Shown here: positions 8,966-16,559 of the stretch, piece after piece
How the letters are laid out: each line of letters opens with the position of its first letter
Position numbering within the stretch: the stretch's first letter is position 1
IMG/VR virus record: IMGVR_UViG_3300000304_000038
Reading direction: 5' to 3' (one strand)
Source of the DNA: an uncultured virus (IMG/VR IMGVR_UViG_3300000304_000038)
Lineage: Duplodnaviria; Heunggongvirae; Uroviricota; Caudoviricetes
DNA length: 20,000 nt
Translations under genes and position numbers: made by a program
The notes under the pieces: generated by a model
Databases searched by the model: none
What the model was told of the DNA's origin: nothing
What the model saw: only the letters and a program-made list of their open reading frames with translations

Positions 8966-9535
8966 TTACCACCTTCCATATCTCTTGGTATACTCTGCCA
9001 TAACGACACTTGCGGCACAGGCTAGATTCAAAGATCGCACAGAACCATATTGTCCGACATAGAGCATATCATCGCATTGCTCAATCTCTCTCTTGGTGAG
9101 ACCCTCGGACTCGTTTCCATAGACGAACGCCGCAGAGGGAACAATCTTTGCATCCCAGATGTTCTTTGGTTTATACTCCATGATGTTGTCCACGGCATAG
9201 ATTTGGTATCCGTCCCTATGCAGAACCTCAATAACCTCCTCAAGAGTGTCCGCGTGATAGACGGTTTCCAGATGATTGGTCCCGACAGCAGGGACGTGAT
9301 TGTACTTCTTGCGGCCAACCACATAGACCGCACGCCCAAGGAAGGCATTGTTACTGCGAATGATGGTACCGATATTGAGATTGTGGTCTGTGTTCATAAG
9401 AACAGTTACCATCTTGGTACGCATTGGCTGAAGGTCTGCTCGAATCTCCTCTGCGGCCATCGCCTTGTACTTCTCAATTACATTGTGGTCAGCATTTGGC
9501 TTGACCGGAATTCCATAAGAATACTGCTCAATCAT
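8966..9535 (-). CDS. SPOUT-class RNA 2'-O-methyltransferase (SpoU/TrmH family)
   Basis: NIGTIIRS (motif 1), FVYGNESEGL (motif 2), SVRSLNLACAASVV (motif 3). Confidence 0.9.
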   Translation of the reverse strand: MIEQYSYGIPVKPNADHNVIEKYKAMAAEEIRADLQPMRTKMVTVLMNTDHNLNIGTIIRSNNAFLGRAVYVVGRKKYNHVPAVGTNHLETVYHADTLEEVIEVLHRDGYQIYAVDNIMEYKPKNIWDAKIVPSAAFVYGNESEGLTKREIEQCDDMLYVGQYGSVRSLNLACAASVVMAEYTKRYGRW

Positions 9536-9785
9536 TCAAGAACTCTCCAAGATAGATGCCAAGGGCCGCATACGCAAAGGCCGCAACTTCTCTGTCGCTT
9601 GAAAGAATATCTCCACGATAATCGGTAAAGTTACGGGTAAAAGTAGGATAGTTCTGAATAAACCAGTCTCCAACAGTCATTGCTTCCTTGAAACCAGCTA
9701 CCTTATCGTGATGGGTATAAAGAAAATCGTAAACGTCAGAGAACTTGTTGGCGAATCTGTGAATATTAATATCGAACTGATTCAT
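9528..9785 (-). CDS. Hypothetical protein (85 aa)
   Basis: GAGGA SD; overlaps both neighbours in the operon. Confidence 0.7.
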   Translation of the reverse strand: MNQFDINIHRFANKFSDVYDFLYTHHDKVAGFKEAMTVGDWFIQNYPTFTRNFTDYRGDILSSDREVAAFAYAALGIYLGEFLND

Positions 9786-9963
9786 CTATATCCTCTCTTG
9801 TGTAGCCAGTCCCGTAAAGATACTCTCGTCTTCTCTTTTTCCATTTTTCTATTTTTATATCAGTTGATATATGACATAGTTCTATAATACACCAAACTAA
9901 TACGCTCAGGCTAATTCCTATTAATATTATTAAAGCAACAATGATAATAAAATTAATTACCAT
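9766..9963 (-). CDS. Small single-pass membrane protein (~65 aa)
   Basis: Long hydrophobic N-terminus followed by a basic tail. Confidence 0.6.
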   Translation of the reverse strand: MVINFIIIVALIILIGISLSVLVWCIIELCHISTDIKIEKWKKRRREYLYGTGYTREDIDESVRY

Positions 9964-10121
9964 TCCTCGTCCTTCCAAGACTTGTCTTTTCTGTCATAGT
10001 CCTTCTTACTCTTATGCTTGCCACAACGACAAGCAGGATAGAACTTTGGCATTGCCGCACGAGTAGCCTCTAGAGAGGTCATAACGCCTATCCTCTCCAC
10101 CTTCTTCTTTCTCTTGGACAT
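9957..10121 (-). CDS. 54-aa basic protein MSKRKKKVERIGVMTSLEATRAAMPKFYPACRCGKHKSKKDYDRKDKSWKDEEW, not in ORF track
   Basis: AAAGGAG SD; lies shortly downstream of a promoter; open frame to TAA at 9957. Confidence 0.7.
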   Translation of the reverse strand: MSKRKKKVERIGVMTSLEATRAAMPKFYPACRCGKHKSKKDYDRKDKSWKDEEW

Positions 10122-10205
10122 TTTCTGCTCTCCTTTTTAGAAGTATCATATATAAGGAATATTAGTTATAGTAACCAAAAGCATATTTTTTCTTTCGATA
10201 AATGT

Positions 10206-10234
10206 ATTATAGCACAGTTTATTCTAAAAGTCTA
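10206..10234 (-). promoter_or_regulatory. Promoter TAGACT-17-TATAAT with extended -10 (TGn)
   Basis: -35 at 10229-10234, -10 at 10206-10211, immediately after the thyX terminator. Confidence 0.75.
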
Positions 10235-10237
10235 TAG

Positions 10238-10275
10238 AAAAATAGCCCTATGTAGTAAAAAACATAGGGCTATTT
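10238..10275 (-). terminator. Intrinsic terminator after thyX
   Basis: Perfect stem AAATAGCCCTATGT / ACATAGGGCTATTT ending in a U-run. Confidence 0.85.
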
Positions 10276-10280
10276 ATAAA

Positions 10281-10892
10281 TTATTTTATCAAAGATTTTT
10301 GTTCATATTCGAGATAAATATCCATTAGTTGATTCCATTGTTCATTATAACAACGTAAAGAATCAATCATAATATCTGCTAATTGATGAATCTCCCATTG
10401 AGCATGAACGTTTCTACGCTGTTCAAGGAGATTGAAGAGAGAGCGCACATTTATTTTCATATGTAAATTTGTTTTTGTCGCTTCTGGCAAGATAAAACGA
10501 GCATCTTCCGCTCTAACGCCATTAGCAAGCATTTTTTTATATTCGTCAGCAATATAAGCCATATCTATTTGATACTGATATAGAAGATTTTTATCATTTT
10601 TGATGATTGGAGGAATTACATACCAATCTTCACTATCTAGTTTATATTTATTATAACGTTGTGATTCGACGCAATAAGAAGCTATGCGATGACGTGTCAG
10701 TTGAGCTAGACAACTTCTAGAGATACCTTCAATTTTGAAAGTCACATCAGCAAATTCGTGGACACTGTGGCGATCTAAAATACAACGTTTCACTCTATTA
10801 TATTGCACATCGTTTTTCCGAGTGCTTTGTCCAGCAGCTAACGAAATTGCATCAATAGGTTTTTCTGTCGCGTCAATAACAATTACTTTCAT
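10281..10892 (-). CDS. thyX: FAD-dependent thymidylate synthase
   Basis: ISRSCLAQLTRHRIASYCVESQRY signature, EDARFILP, HAQWEI. Start taken at the ATG overlapping the upstream TGA. Confidence 0.95.
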   Translation of the reverse strand: MKVIVIDATEKPIDAISLAAGQSTRKNDVQYNRVKRCILDRHSVHEFADVTFKIEGISRSCLAQLTRHRIASYCVESQRYNKYKLDSEDWYVIPPIIKNDKNLLYQYQIDMAYIADEYKKMLANGVRAEDARFILPEATKTNLHMKINVRSLFNLLEQRRNVHAQWEIHQLADIMIDSLRCYNEQWNQLMDIYLEYEQKSLIK

Positions 10893-11908
10893 TGGACACA
10901 TCCTCCTAATATATAGTCTAAAGAAATTCTATCTAAATCCCAATATGGTATTCTTAGCAATTTTATATTTTTTTCTTCAGCATAATTGTCTTTGATTGTA
11001 TCACGAACGATTCGTTTTTGAAAAGATTCTAAATTATTCCAGCCCCCTGTCGGTTTGAAGTGTTGCTCTCCGTCAAATTCAATCAATAAATTATATTTAG
11101 ACAAGAAGAAATCAAAACGTAGCTTTTTCCCTGTTTTTGGATTTAGACAATCATCAAAAGAATATTCTGATTCATAATCTATATTATTACTATCCAGTAT
11201 TTTTTTGATTTTTTGCTCTCCTAATGAATAAATACGAAGTTCCTGTCTTCCGTCTACTCCATTATACAAAACGCTTCTCAAACGAGTATAAAAGAAAACG
11301 TCTAATTCAGAATTATAAAATTTTCCATACCTAACTGGATTATTCTTTTTGTCTAAAATAGGAGAAAGTTCTTCTACAAATAAAATATTTTCTTTTATCC
11401 AATCTCCTTCATTATATTTTCTGTTATTATGAGCAACATCTTGAATAACTTCAATACGTCGTTGTTTCCTATGTTGAGGTCCCATTGTCACTCTATCGTG
11501 GATAGCAGAATTGAGTAAAACGTCAAAAACTTCATTAGAATAAATATCTTTGACTCGTAAAGTTCTTTTTCTTTCTCCTGAAGCTGTTTCTTTTGGAGTA
11601 CCTTCACTAATATAAATAAGAGTATTGCTTGGATTCACAAATTCTCCTAGAGAAAAATTATAGTGCCTTCTGCTTTGATACGATAATTCTCGCCTAACAG
11701 ATGGAGCATGTTTTACTGTCCCAGCGCGTACACTTCCTACTGATGCTGAAAATATATTTTCTCCATCAGGAGCATCTATGTCTTTTACTAAGATACGTCT
11801 TTCTTTTACGCCGGATAAAGATATATGAGGTTCTGCTTCCCCAATATAAACAAGATTGCCTTCTTTGTTTACTGGTTCATTTTCTTTGTATATTATTTTT
11901 CTTCCCAT
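10889..11908 (-). CDS. Free-standing homing-type endonuclease (three N-terminal repeats plus PD-(D/E)xK/Vsr-like domain)
   Basis: SLGEQKI...LRFDFFL...IEFDGEQHF...RDTIKD...LLRIPY; repeats YKENEPVN/FSLGEFVN/YNEGDWI; AT-rich. Confidence 0.8.
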   Translation of the reverse strand: MGRKIIYKENEPVNKEGNLVYIGEAEPHISLSGVKERRILVKDIDAPDGENIFSASVGSVRAGTVKHAPSVRRELSYQSRRHYNFSLGEFVNPSNTLIYISEGTPKETASGERKRTLRVKDIYSNEVFDVLLNSAIHDRVTMGPQHRKQRRIEVIQDVAHNNRKYNEGDWIKENILFVEELSPILDKKNNPVRYGKFYNSELDVFFYTRLRSVLYNGVDGRQELRIYSLGEQKIKKILDSNNIDYESEYSFDDCLNPKTGKKLRFDFFLSKYNLLIEFDGEQHFKPTGGWNNLESFQKRIVRDTIKDNYAEEKNIKLLRIPYWDLDRISLDYILGGCVQ

Positions 11909-11920
11909 ATATTACTCTCC

Positions 11921-11962
11921 AAAAAAAATAAAAAGGAGATAGCCGCAAAGACTACCTCCTTT
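11921..11962 (-). terminator. Intrinsic terminator after the SPFH gene
   Basis: Stem AAAGGAGGTAGT / GCTATCTCCTTT (G.U pairs on the minus strand) followed by a long U-tract. Confidence 0.8.
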
Positions 11963-11969
11963 CTTTTAG

Positions 11970-12905
11970 TTACTTGCTTGTCTGGACAATAGGCTGAGAA
12001 CCTTCAGGCACAACTACTAGATTACCATTCTCGCCAATCTGCTGGAGAGTCTCGTAATAGCGCTGCTGAAGAACCTCGGGAGTTAGAGACTGAGTAAGAA
12101 TTGCATTAGCATTGGCCTCACCCTCTGCATCGATTGCTTTCGTCTCAGCCTCGATTCGAGCGGTCTCCTGACGGTTCGTAGCGGCAGTCTGCTCAACCTG
12201 TGCGGACTGTGCGGCCGCATATGCCTCAGTGATGGAATCCGCATAACGAATATCCTGAACGCTCACCGACTCAACCACTACACCACTTTCAGCCCAGCGC
12301 TCAGAAAGGGTCTGCTGAATGGAGCTTGCAAAAGACTCCTTGTCAGTTAGGAGCTGAATCGTAGAGAATTGACCCGCACAGTCACGAGTGGTCTGACGAA
12401 CGTCATTGGAGACATAGCTCGCAACATAAGCCTCCTGAGTGCCATAGTCCGCATAAAGCTGCTCGACCGCATCGGGATTGATGGAATAGATTACCTGAAC
12501 GTCACAGTCAGCCTTGGTACCAGAAGAGTCGTTGATGGTAACGGTAGCTCCGTTGTAGGAACCATTGTCATAGGTATACTCGGCATCACGATAGAAGTTG
12601 ATAAGACGATTGCGAATGTCCCAGTCTAGCGCATCCTGCCAAGGAGCCTTGAATTGAATGCCAGCCTCGGTCGTATATCCCGCAAGAGAGCCACCGAAGT
12701 TGCGAAGCACGACCGCCTCGCCAACGTCCTGAGTGTAGACGCACTGCGAACCAATCATAATGACGCCGAGCACAACAGGAATTGCGGCCTTCCAATAGCC
12801 ACCCTTGCTATCTGTCTCAGCATTATACTTGCTGATAGCGATTGATACTGGAATGGCCGCAAGAGCAACTAGCACTCCAAGTACCATCATAACAATACCG
12901 AACAT
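11970..12905 (-). CDS. SPFH/Band-7/prohibitin-family membrane protein
   Basis: Two N-terminal TM segments, GEAVVLRNFGG, GIQFKAPWQ, GVVVESVSVQDI, Ala/Glu coiled coil, SLTPEVLQ. Confidence 0.9.
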   Translation of the reverse strand: MFGIVMMVLGVLVALAAIPVSIAISKYNAETDSKGGYWKAAIPVVLGVIMIGSQCVYTQDVGEAVVLRNFGGSLAGYTTEAGIQFKAPWQDALDWDIRNRLINFYRDAEYTYDNGSYNGATVTINDSSGTKADCDVQVIYSINPDAVEQLYADYGTQEAYVASYVSNDVRQTTRDCAGQFSTIQLLTDKESFASSIQQTLSERWAESGVVVESVSVQDIRYADSITEAYAAAQSAQVEQTAATNRQETARIEAETKAIDAEGEANANAILTQSLTPEVLQQRYYETLQQIGENGNLVVVPEGSQPIVQTSK

Positions 12906-12950
12906 ACTCCTTGTTTCTCCTTGTCTCTCTTGGACAATAATATCTATGTA

Positions 12951-13039
12951 GGCGGAAACAAGAGGTCACGCTCCCCAACGAGTCTCCCCGTCACACCGCT
13001 TTCGAGGCGGGTGCAGCACGCTTGTCTGCTTTTGTTTCC
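12951..13039 (-). tRNA. tRNA-Ser(CGA)
   Basis: GGAAACA/TGTTTCC acceptor, loop CT-CGA-AA, long variable arm, G73; ends CC-TA. Confidence 0.85.
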
Positions 13040-13050
13040 GTAATATCTTA

Positions 13051-13139
13051 TGGCGGAAGGAGGATGTAACGCTCACCATACCCTTTCGGGCACCAACCGC
13101 TTTCCAAGCGGCGCTGAAGACTTCTTCAGTTCACCTTCC
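13051..13139 (-). tRNA. tRNA-Ser(GGA)
   Basis: Loop TT-GGA-AA, long variable arm, G-CCA. Confidence 0.88.
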
Positions 13140-13142
13140 ACA

Positions 13143-13232
13143 TGGCGGGGTAATAGGATTACGATTCCTATGGACGCAAGGCCCACGCTGGACTTAGCAG
13201 GTCCGCCCAAGTCCCCCTTGGTTATCTACCCC
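13143..13232 (-). tRNA. tRNA-Ser(GCT)
   Basis: Loop CT-GCT-AA, long variable arm, G-CCA. Confidence 0.88.
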
Positions 13233-13252
13233 ATATATTTTATATTATATAC

Positions 13253-13567
13253 TTACCAATAGTAAGTTGTAAAGACAAATCTTGGTTCAGGCATCTCAAC
13301 ATCAGCCGCAAAGACCCTATGAAATGCCACCCATGTCTTGTGCTTCCACTCTTGGATAAGATTAGAATTTAGCATCGCTCGATTGATATCATCTTCAGTA
13401 AGTCTAACACCGAAGAAGATATTGCTATCATCCTCATAGGCGTTTAGGTCGATTATCTCGTCATAATAGGGGTCTCTCTTATCTTGAAAGTCCTCACATA
13501 TAAGCACACATTTTGACTGAGGTAAAGTGATACCATACCCGAGAAACCCCTCAATTTCGACACTCAT
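13253..13567 (-). CDS. Hypothetical protein (104 aa) within the tRNA array
   Basis: Own promoter and AAGGAG SD. Confidence 0.8.
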   Translation of the reverse strand: MSVEIEGFLGYGITLPQSKCVLICEDFQDKRDPYYDEIIDLNAYEDDSNIFFGVRLTEDDINRAMLNSNLIQEWKHKTWVAFHRVFAADVEMPEPRFVFTTYYW

Positions 13568-13599
13568 AAAAATAACTCCTTTCCTCTTTTGACATATAC

Positions 13600-13629
13600 A
13601 TTATACACCAATAGAAGGAAAGGAGTCAA
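13600..13629 (-). promoter_or_regulatory. Promoter TTGACT-18-TATAAT embedded in an RBS-pairing inverted repeat
   Basis: -35 at 13624-13629, -10 at 13600-13605. Confidence 0.78.
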
Positions 13630-13638
13630 GAAAAATTA

Positions 13639-13713
13639 TGGAGTGCGGCCTTGGAGTCTAACCAAGCTAAACGATTTTGCAGACCGTTGTATAATACGCC
13701 CTACCCGCCGCAC
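13639..13713 (-). tRNA. tRNA-Cys(GCA)
   Basis: Loop CT-GCA-AA, U73-CCA. Confidence 0.88.
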
Positions 13714-13716
13714 ACA

Positions 13717-13791
13717 TGGAGGTCTGCCCGAGTGCTGCCCTCGGAATTGAACCTTACGAAAGTTCTGTAATAGCTGTTTTACTAGCAGACC
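13717..13791 (-). tRNA. tRNA-Thr(CGT)
   Basis: GAACT-TT-CGT-AA-GGTTC arm, CCA end. Confidence 0.85.
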
Positions 13792-13801
13792 AATTATTCA
13801 A

Positions 13802-13876
13802 TGGAGCCGATTCCGGGTGACGCTCCCGGCGTCTTTGCCTTACCACGGCAATGTTTTGCTGCTAAACTAAATCGGC
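13802..13876 (-). tRNA. tRNA-Thr(GGT)
   Basis: TTGCC-GT-GGT-AA-GGCAA arm, GCC acceptor start, CCA end. Confidence 0.9.
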
Positions 13877-13879
13877 GTA

Positions 13880-13953
13880 TGGTGCCCAGTGAAGGTTATG
13901 CTCCTCCGTCTAAAGCTTGTAAGGCTATCATTCTACTATTGAACTAACCGGGC
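13880..13953 (-). tRNA. tRNA-Val(TAC)
   Basis: Loop CT-TAC-AA, A-CCA. Confidence 0.88.
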
Positions 13954-13956
13954 ATA

Positions 13957-14032
13957 GGTGGAGCTGGTGGAAATCGAATCCACGACCTATCGCTTGCAAG
14001 GCGATTGCTCGTCCCAACTGAGCTACAGCCCC
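13957..14032 (-). tRNA. tRNA-Ala(TGC)
   Basis: G3.U70 pair, loop CT-TGC-AA, canonical TTCGA; ends CC-TA. Confidence 0.93.
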
Positions 14033-14035
14033 ATA

Positions 14036-14113
14036 TGGTACCCACGGCATGACTCGAACATGCGACCTACTCATTCGTAGTGAGGTATTCTAAATCCGCT
14101 GAACTACGTGGGC
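14036..14113 (-). tRNA. tRNA-Arg(ACG)
   Basis: Loop CT-ACG-AA, TTCGA T-loop, CCA. Confidence 0.92.
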
Positions 14114-14454
14114 ATAATATCATCAAACTCGCCCGCAAGATAGAGCTTGGGAATGTTGTGTCCGGGCCTCAACTTGCGGTCGGTCAGATATTCAATGTTC
14201 ATCCAACTGCCATCTTTTGCTCTAAGAAAGCAATGAAACATCTTAGTATTCATATCATAGGTATATTTAGAATCCAAAAGGAGTATCTGGTTCGTATAGG
14301 CGACAATGATTTTATCTTTGCTCTCCTCCAAGGCCATGTCCGCAGTTTCAAGATTGTAGGAGACTCCATTCGCCGCATCGATATTTATTTGCGGATATAG
14401 TCTCCATCTTGCGTTTTTGACAAGCGGACCGTCCTCGAAATAAACTATTAGCAT
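14104..14454 (-). CDS. Hypothetical protein (116 aa); stop codon lies inside tRNA-Arg(ACG)
   Basis: AAAGGAG SD; fills the gap between two tRNAs. Confidence 0.8.
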   Translation of the reverse strand: MLIVYFEDGPLVKNARWRLYPQINIDAANGVSYNLETADMALEESKDKIIVAYTNQILLLDSKYTYDMNTKMFHCFLRAKDGSWMNIEYLTDRKLRPGHNIPKLYLAGEFDDIMPT

Positions 14455-14480
14455 AAGATACTCCTTTGATAATTTTTATA

Positions 14481-14554
14481 TGGCAGGCCCGGAAGGTACC
14501 GCCCCCTCGCTACGAAGTTTGGAGCTTCGCGTGCTCCTATTACACCACGGACCT
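14481..14554 (-). tRNA. tRNA-Trp(CCA)
   Basis: CGAAG-CT-CCA-AA-CTTCG arm, G-CCA. Confidence 0.9.
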
Positions 14555-14557
14555 GTA

Positions 14558-14631
14558 TGGCTGCTCTTCTAGGTGCCGCCCCTAGGACTTAACATCCAAA
14601 GTGTTAGGTTTTACTGTTAAACTAAAGAGCA
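14558..14631 (-). tRNA. tRNA-Gln(TTG)
   Basis: U1-A72, TAACA-CT-TTG-GA-TGTTA arm, G-CCA. Confidence 0.88.
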
Positions 14632-14634
14632 ATA

Positions 14635-14708
14635 TGGCTGGACTTAAAGGTGCTGCCCCTTTTTCTATTGAGTCAGAGTCAATCGTTTTACTGTTAAACT
14701 AAAGTCCA
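14635..14708 (-). tRNA. tRNA-Gln(CTG)
   Basis: U1-A72, loop CT-CTG-AC, G-CCA. Confidence 0.9.
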
Positions 14709-15446
14709 ATCATCATCTGAAATGCTACAAATCTCTCTCTTTTTAAATGGAAGATTATAAAATATACACCATTTCCTAATTGTGTTATCTCTAACACCAT
14801 ATTCTTTTCCTATTGCAGTGAAAGTTTGAGTTCTAATTTTAGATTTTAATTCTTCTCTAGAAGGTCTTTCTACTTTTCTTCTATTCTCCGCACTACATTC
14901 TGGACATAAAAGACTATAATCTGTTTTTAATTCTTTTCCACATTCTTGGCAGTATCTTTTTGGTCTTTCTATATAGGTTTTATTTTTACTTCCAAAAGTA
15001 GGTAATTGCCTATCGCAATTTGGACATACCCAACGAAGATTTTCAATTCTATTGTCTGTATGGTCTCCATTGATATGGTCTAATGTCAGAGTCAATTCTT
15101 TGTTATTCCATACAGGAGGCAATCCACAGATAGCACATTTATACTCTAATAAATCATGTTGCTTAATATATCTCTTAATATAGTTCATGGAAGCACTAGA
15201 ATGCTCGCAAAAAGAATTCTCAAAAGTTCTTTCTTCTTTTTTTGATGCCATAGCGCAAAAATGAGAATAGTCTATATTATTATCTTCTAATACAGCTCTA
15301 ACTATATCGTTTTGTTTTCCTCCGCTAACACACTGATAACCTATTTTTCTTTCAACTTCCTTAAAAGAAAACGAATTTGCAACAATTTCTCTTAATTCAT
15401 CAACGGGTATTTGTGAGACTAAGCTATTCATTGATTTCGACCGCAT
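14694..15446 (-). CDS. HNH homing-type endonuclease
   Basis: CAIC...LTLDHINGDHTDNRIENLRWVCPNC, a second Zn finger, and a C-terminal HTH-like segment; AT-rich; AAAGGA SD. Confidence 0.9.
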   Translation of the reverse strand: MRSKSMNSLVSQIPVDELREIVANSFSFKEVERKIGYQCVSGGKQNDIVRAVLEDNNIDYSHFCAMASKKEERTFENSFCEHSSASMNYIKRYIKQHDLLEYKCAICGLPPVWNNKELTLTLDHINGDHTDNRIENLRWVCPNCDRQLPTFGSKNKTYIERPKRYCQECGKELKTDYSLLCPECSAENRRKVERPSREELKSKIRTQTFTAIGKEYGVRDNTIRKWCIFYNLPFKKREICSISDDDWTLV

Positions 15447-15562
15447 AAACAAAATCCTTTCTTAGACAATAATATGTTGAGTTATATAAATACAAATTTA
15501 AAAAAGAGATTTTTATTTATAACGGCCCATAGATTTTCCTTTTTATAAATGAAAGTGCGAAA

Positions 15563-15697
15563 TTACTTATTCTGAGCCGCTTCCAGCTTCCAAATCTTTC
15601 TCTGAGTCTTCTGGAGAACGCCAGTCCCCTCAGAGTTCTTGCCGTTCAGAAGTAGACGCTGGTAGCGTGCCTTTAGAACCTCGATATCATTTGACAT
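15563..15697 (-). CDS. 44-aa hypothetical protein (MSNDIEVLKARY...)
   Basis: AAAAGGAG SD upstream of the ATG at 15697; the longer ORF-track start overlaps a tRNA. Confidence 0.65.
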   Translation of the reverse strand: MSNDIEVLKARYQRLLLNGKNSEGTGVLQKTQRKIWKLEAAQNK

Positions 15698-15733
15698 ATA
15701 TATTCTCCTTTTGTCTCTTGGATAATGACCATA

Positions 15734-15825
15734 TGGTGCGACCGACTCGACTTGAACGAGCAATGTGGTTTCTAAGCCACGCTACTTTAGGAGAGTAGTG
15801 CCTTATCCGATTAGGCTACGGCCGC
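15734..15825 (-). tRNA. tRNA-Arg(CCT) with long variable arm
   Basis: CTACT-CT-CCT-AA-AGTAG arm; extra arm GTGG-CTTAGAAA-CCAC; TTCAA T-loop; A-CCA. Confidence 0.88.
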
Positions 15826-15830
15826 ATAAA

Positions 15831-16039
15831 AAAAGAATACAATATAGAGAAGAGGGAGATAGGACTTTCATCTTACTTGGGCTTTCTCTGTATTATGGGA
15901 CTTATTGTATGCGCGCTTTTATTCGTCCCTGTCGGACCTCGGTGTTACTTATTCCGGCTTTTCACACCTACTACCTTCACCAATGCTGCTTCATAGCCGC
16001 GTATTCACCCAAAGCCTATTCTCTATATTGTATTCTTTT
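15831..16039 (-). ncRNA. Candidate ~209-nt structured RNA closed by a perfect 21-bp stem
   Basis: 15831-15851 and 16019-16039 are exact reverse complements; no credible ORF; strand inferred from the array. Confidence 0.55.
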
Positions 16040-16045
16040 GTAAAA

Positions 16046-16210
16046 TGTCAGCCTGTCCCCACCGACTTCTGACCCGACAAGCCATGTCTCCCAAGAGGTT
16101 GAGTGTGCGGCAAGAAGAAGCTAGCTAGTCTCCTTCTCACGGTCCTAACCAACGGTTACTAGTACGTTGGCGGATAAGCCTTTCACCAGCTCTCTGTGTC
16201 CCATCCATGA
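16046..16210 (-). ncRNA. Candidate ~165-nt multi-hairpin RNA
   Basis: GC-rich intergenic stretch with hairpins CCAACG/CGTTGG, GAGAAGGAG/CTTCTTCTT and GGCTTGTC/GACAGGCT. Confidence 0.45.
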
Positions 16211-16217
16211 TTATATA

Positions 16218-16559
16218 TTACGCTTTTTCCTTCAACTTGTCTACAACAAAATTGTATTCCTTTTCAGGAAGAAAACTTCTGGGTGCGCACTCGAAGAATA
16301 GGTCAACTTCCTCGGGAGACAATTCAACTCCCATGTAAAGCATCTTGTAACAATTGTGAGCAAAAGCGTATCTATCCTGAAATACGCTCTCATAGGGAAT
16401 TATTGCATCATCAAGTCTATCCAATAGAGAAATAGCTTTGCTGTATGCCTTTCTCTCTTCTCTTGAGAGAGAGGAGAGGTTCTTGTCTTGCGGGATAAAG
16501 TCATAACAAAAATCTTCGACAGCTCTCCGCAAGTCACAAAGCTTTGAATACTTACTCAT
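16218..16559 (-). CDS. Hypothetical protein (113 aa; likely start MSKYSKL)
   Basis: GAGGAG SD; ATG overlaps the upstream gene end. Confidence 0.75.
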   Translation of the reverse strand: MSKYSKLCDLRRAVEDFCYDFIPQDKNLSSLSREERKAYSKAISLLDRLDDAIIPYESVFQDRYAFAHNCYKMLYMGVELSPEEVDLFFECAPRSFLPEKEYNFVVDKLKEKA

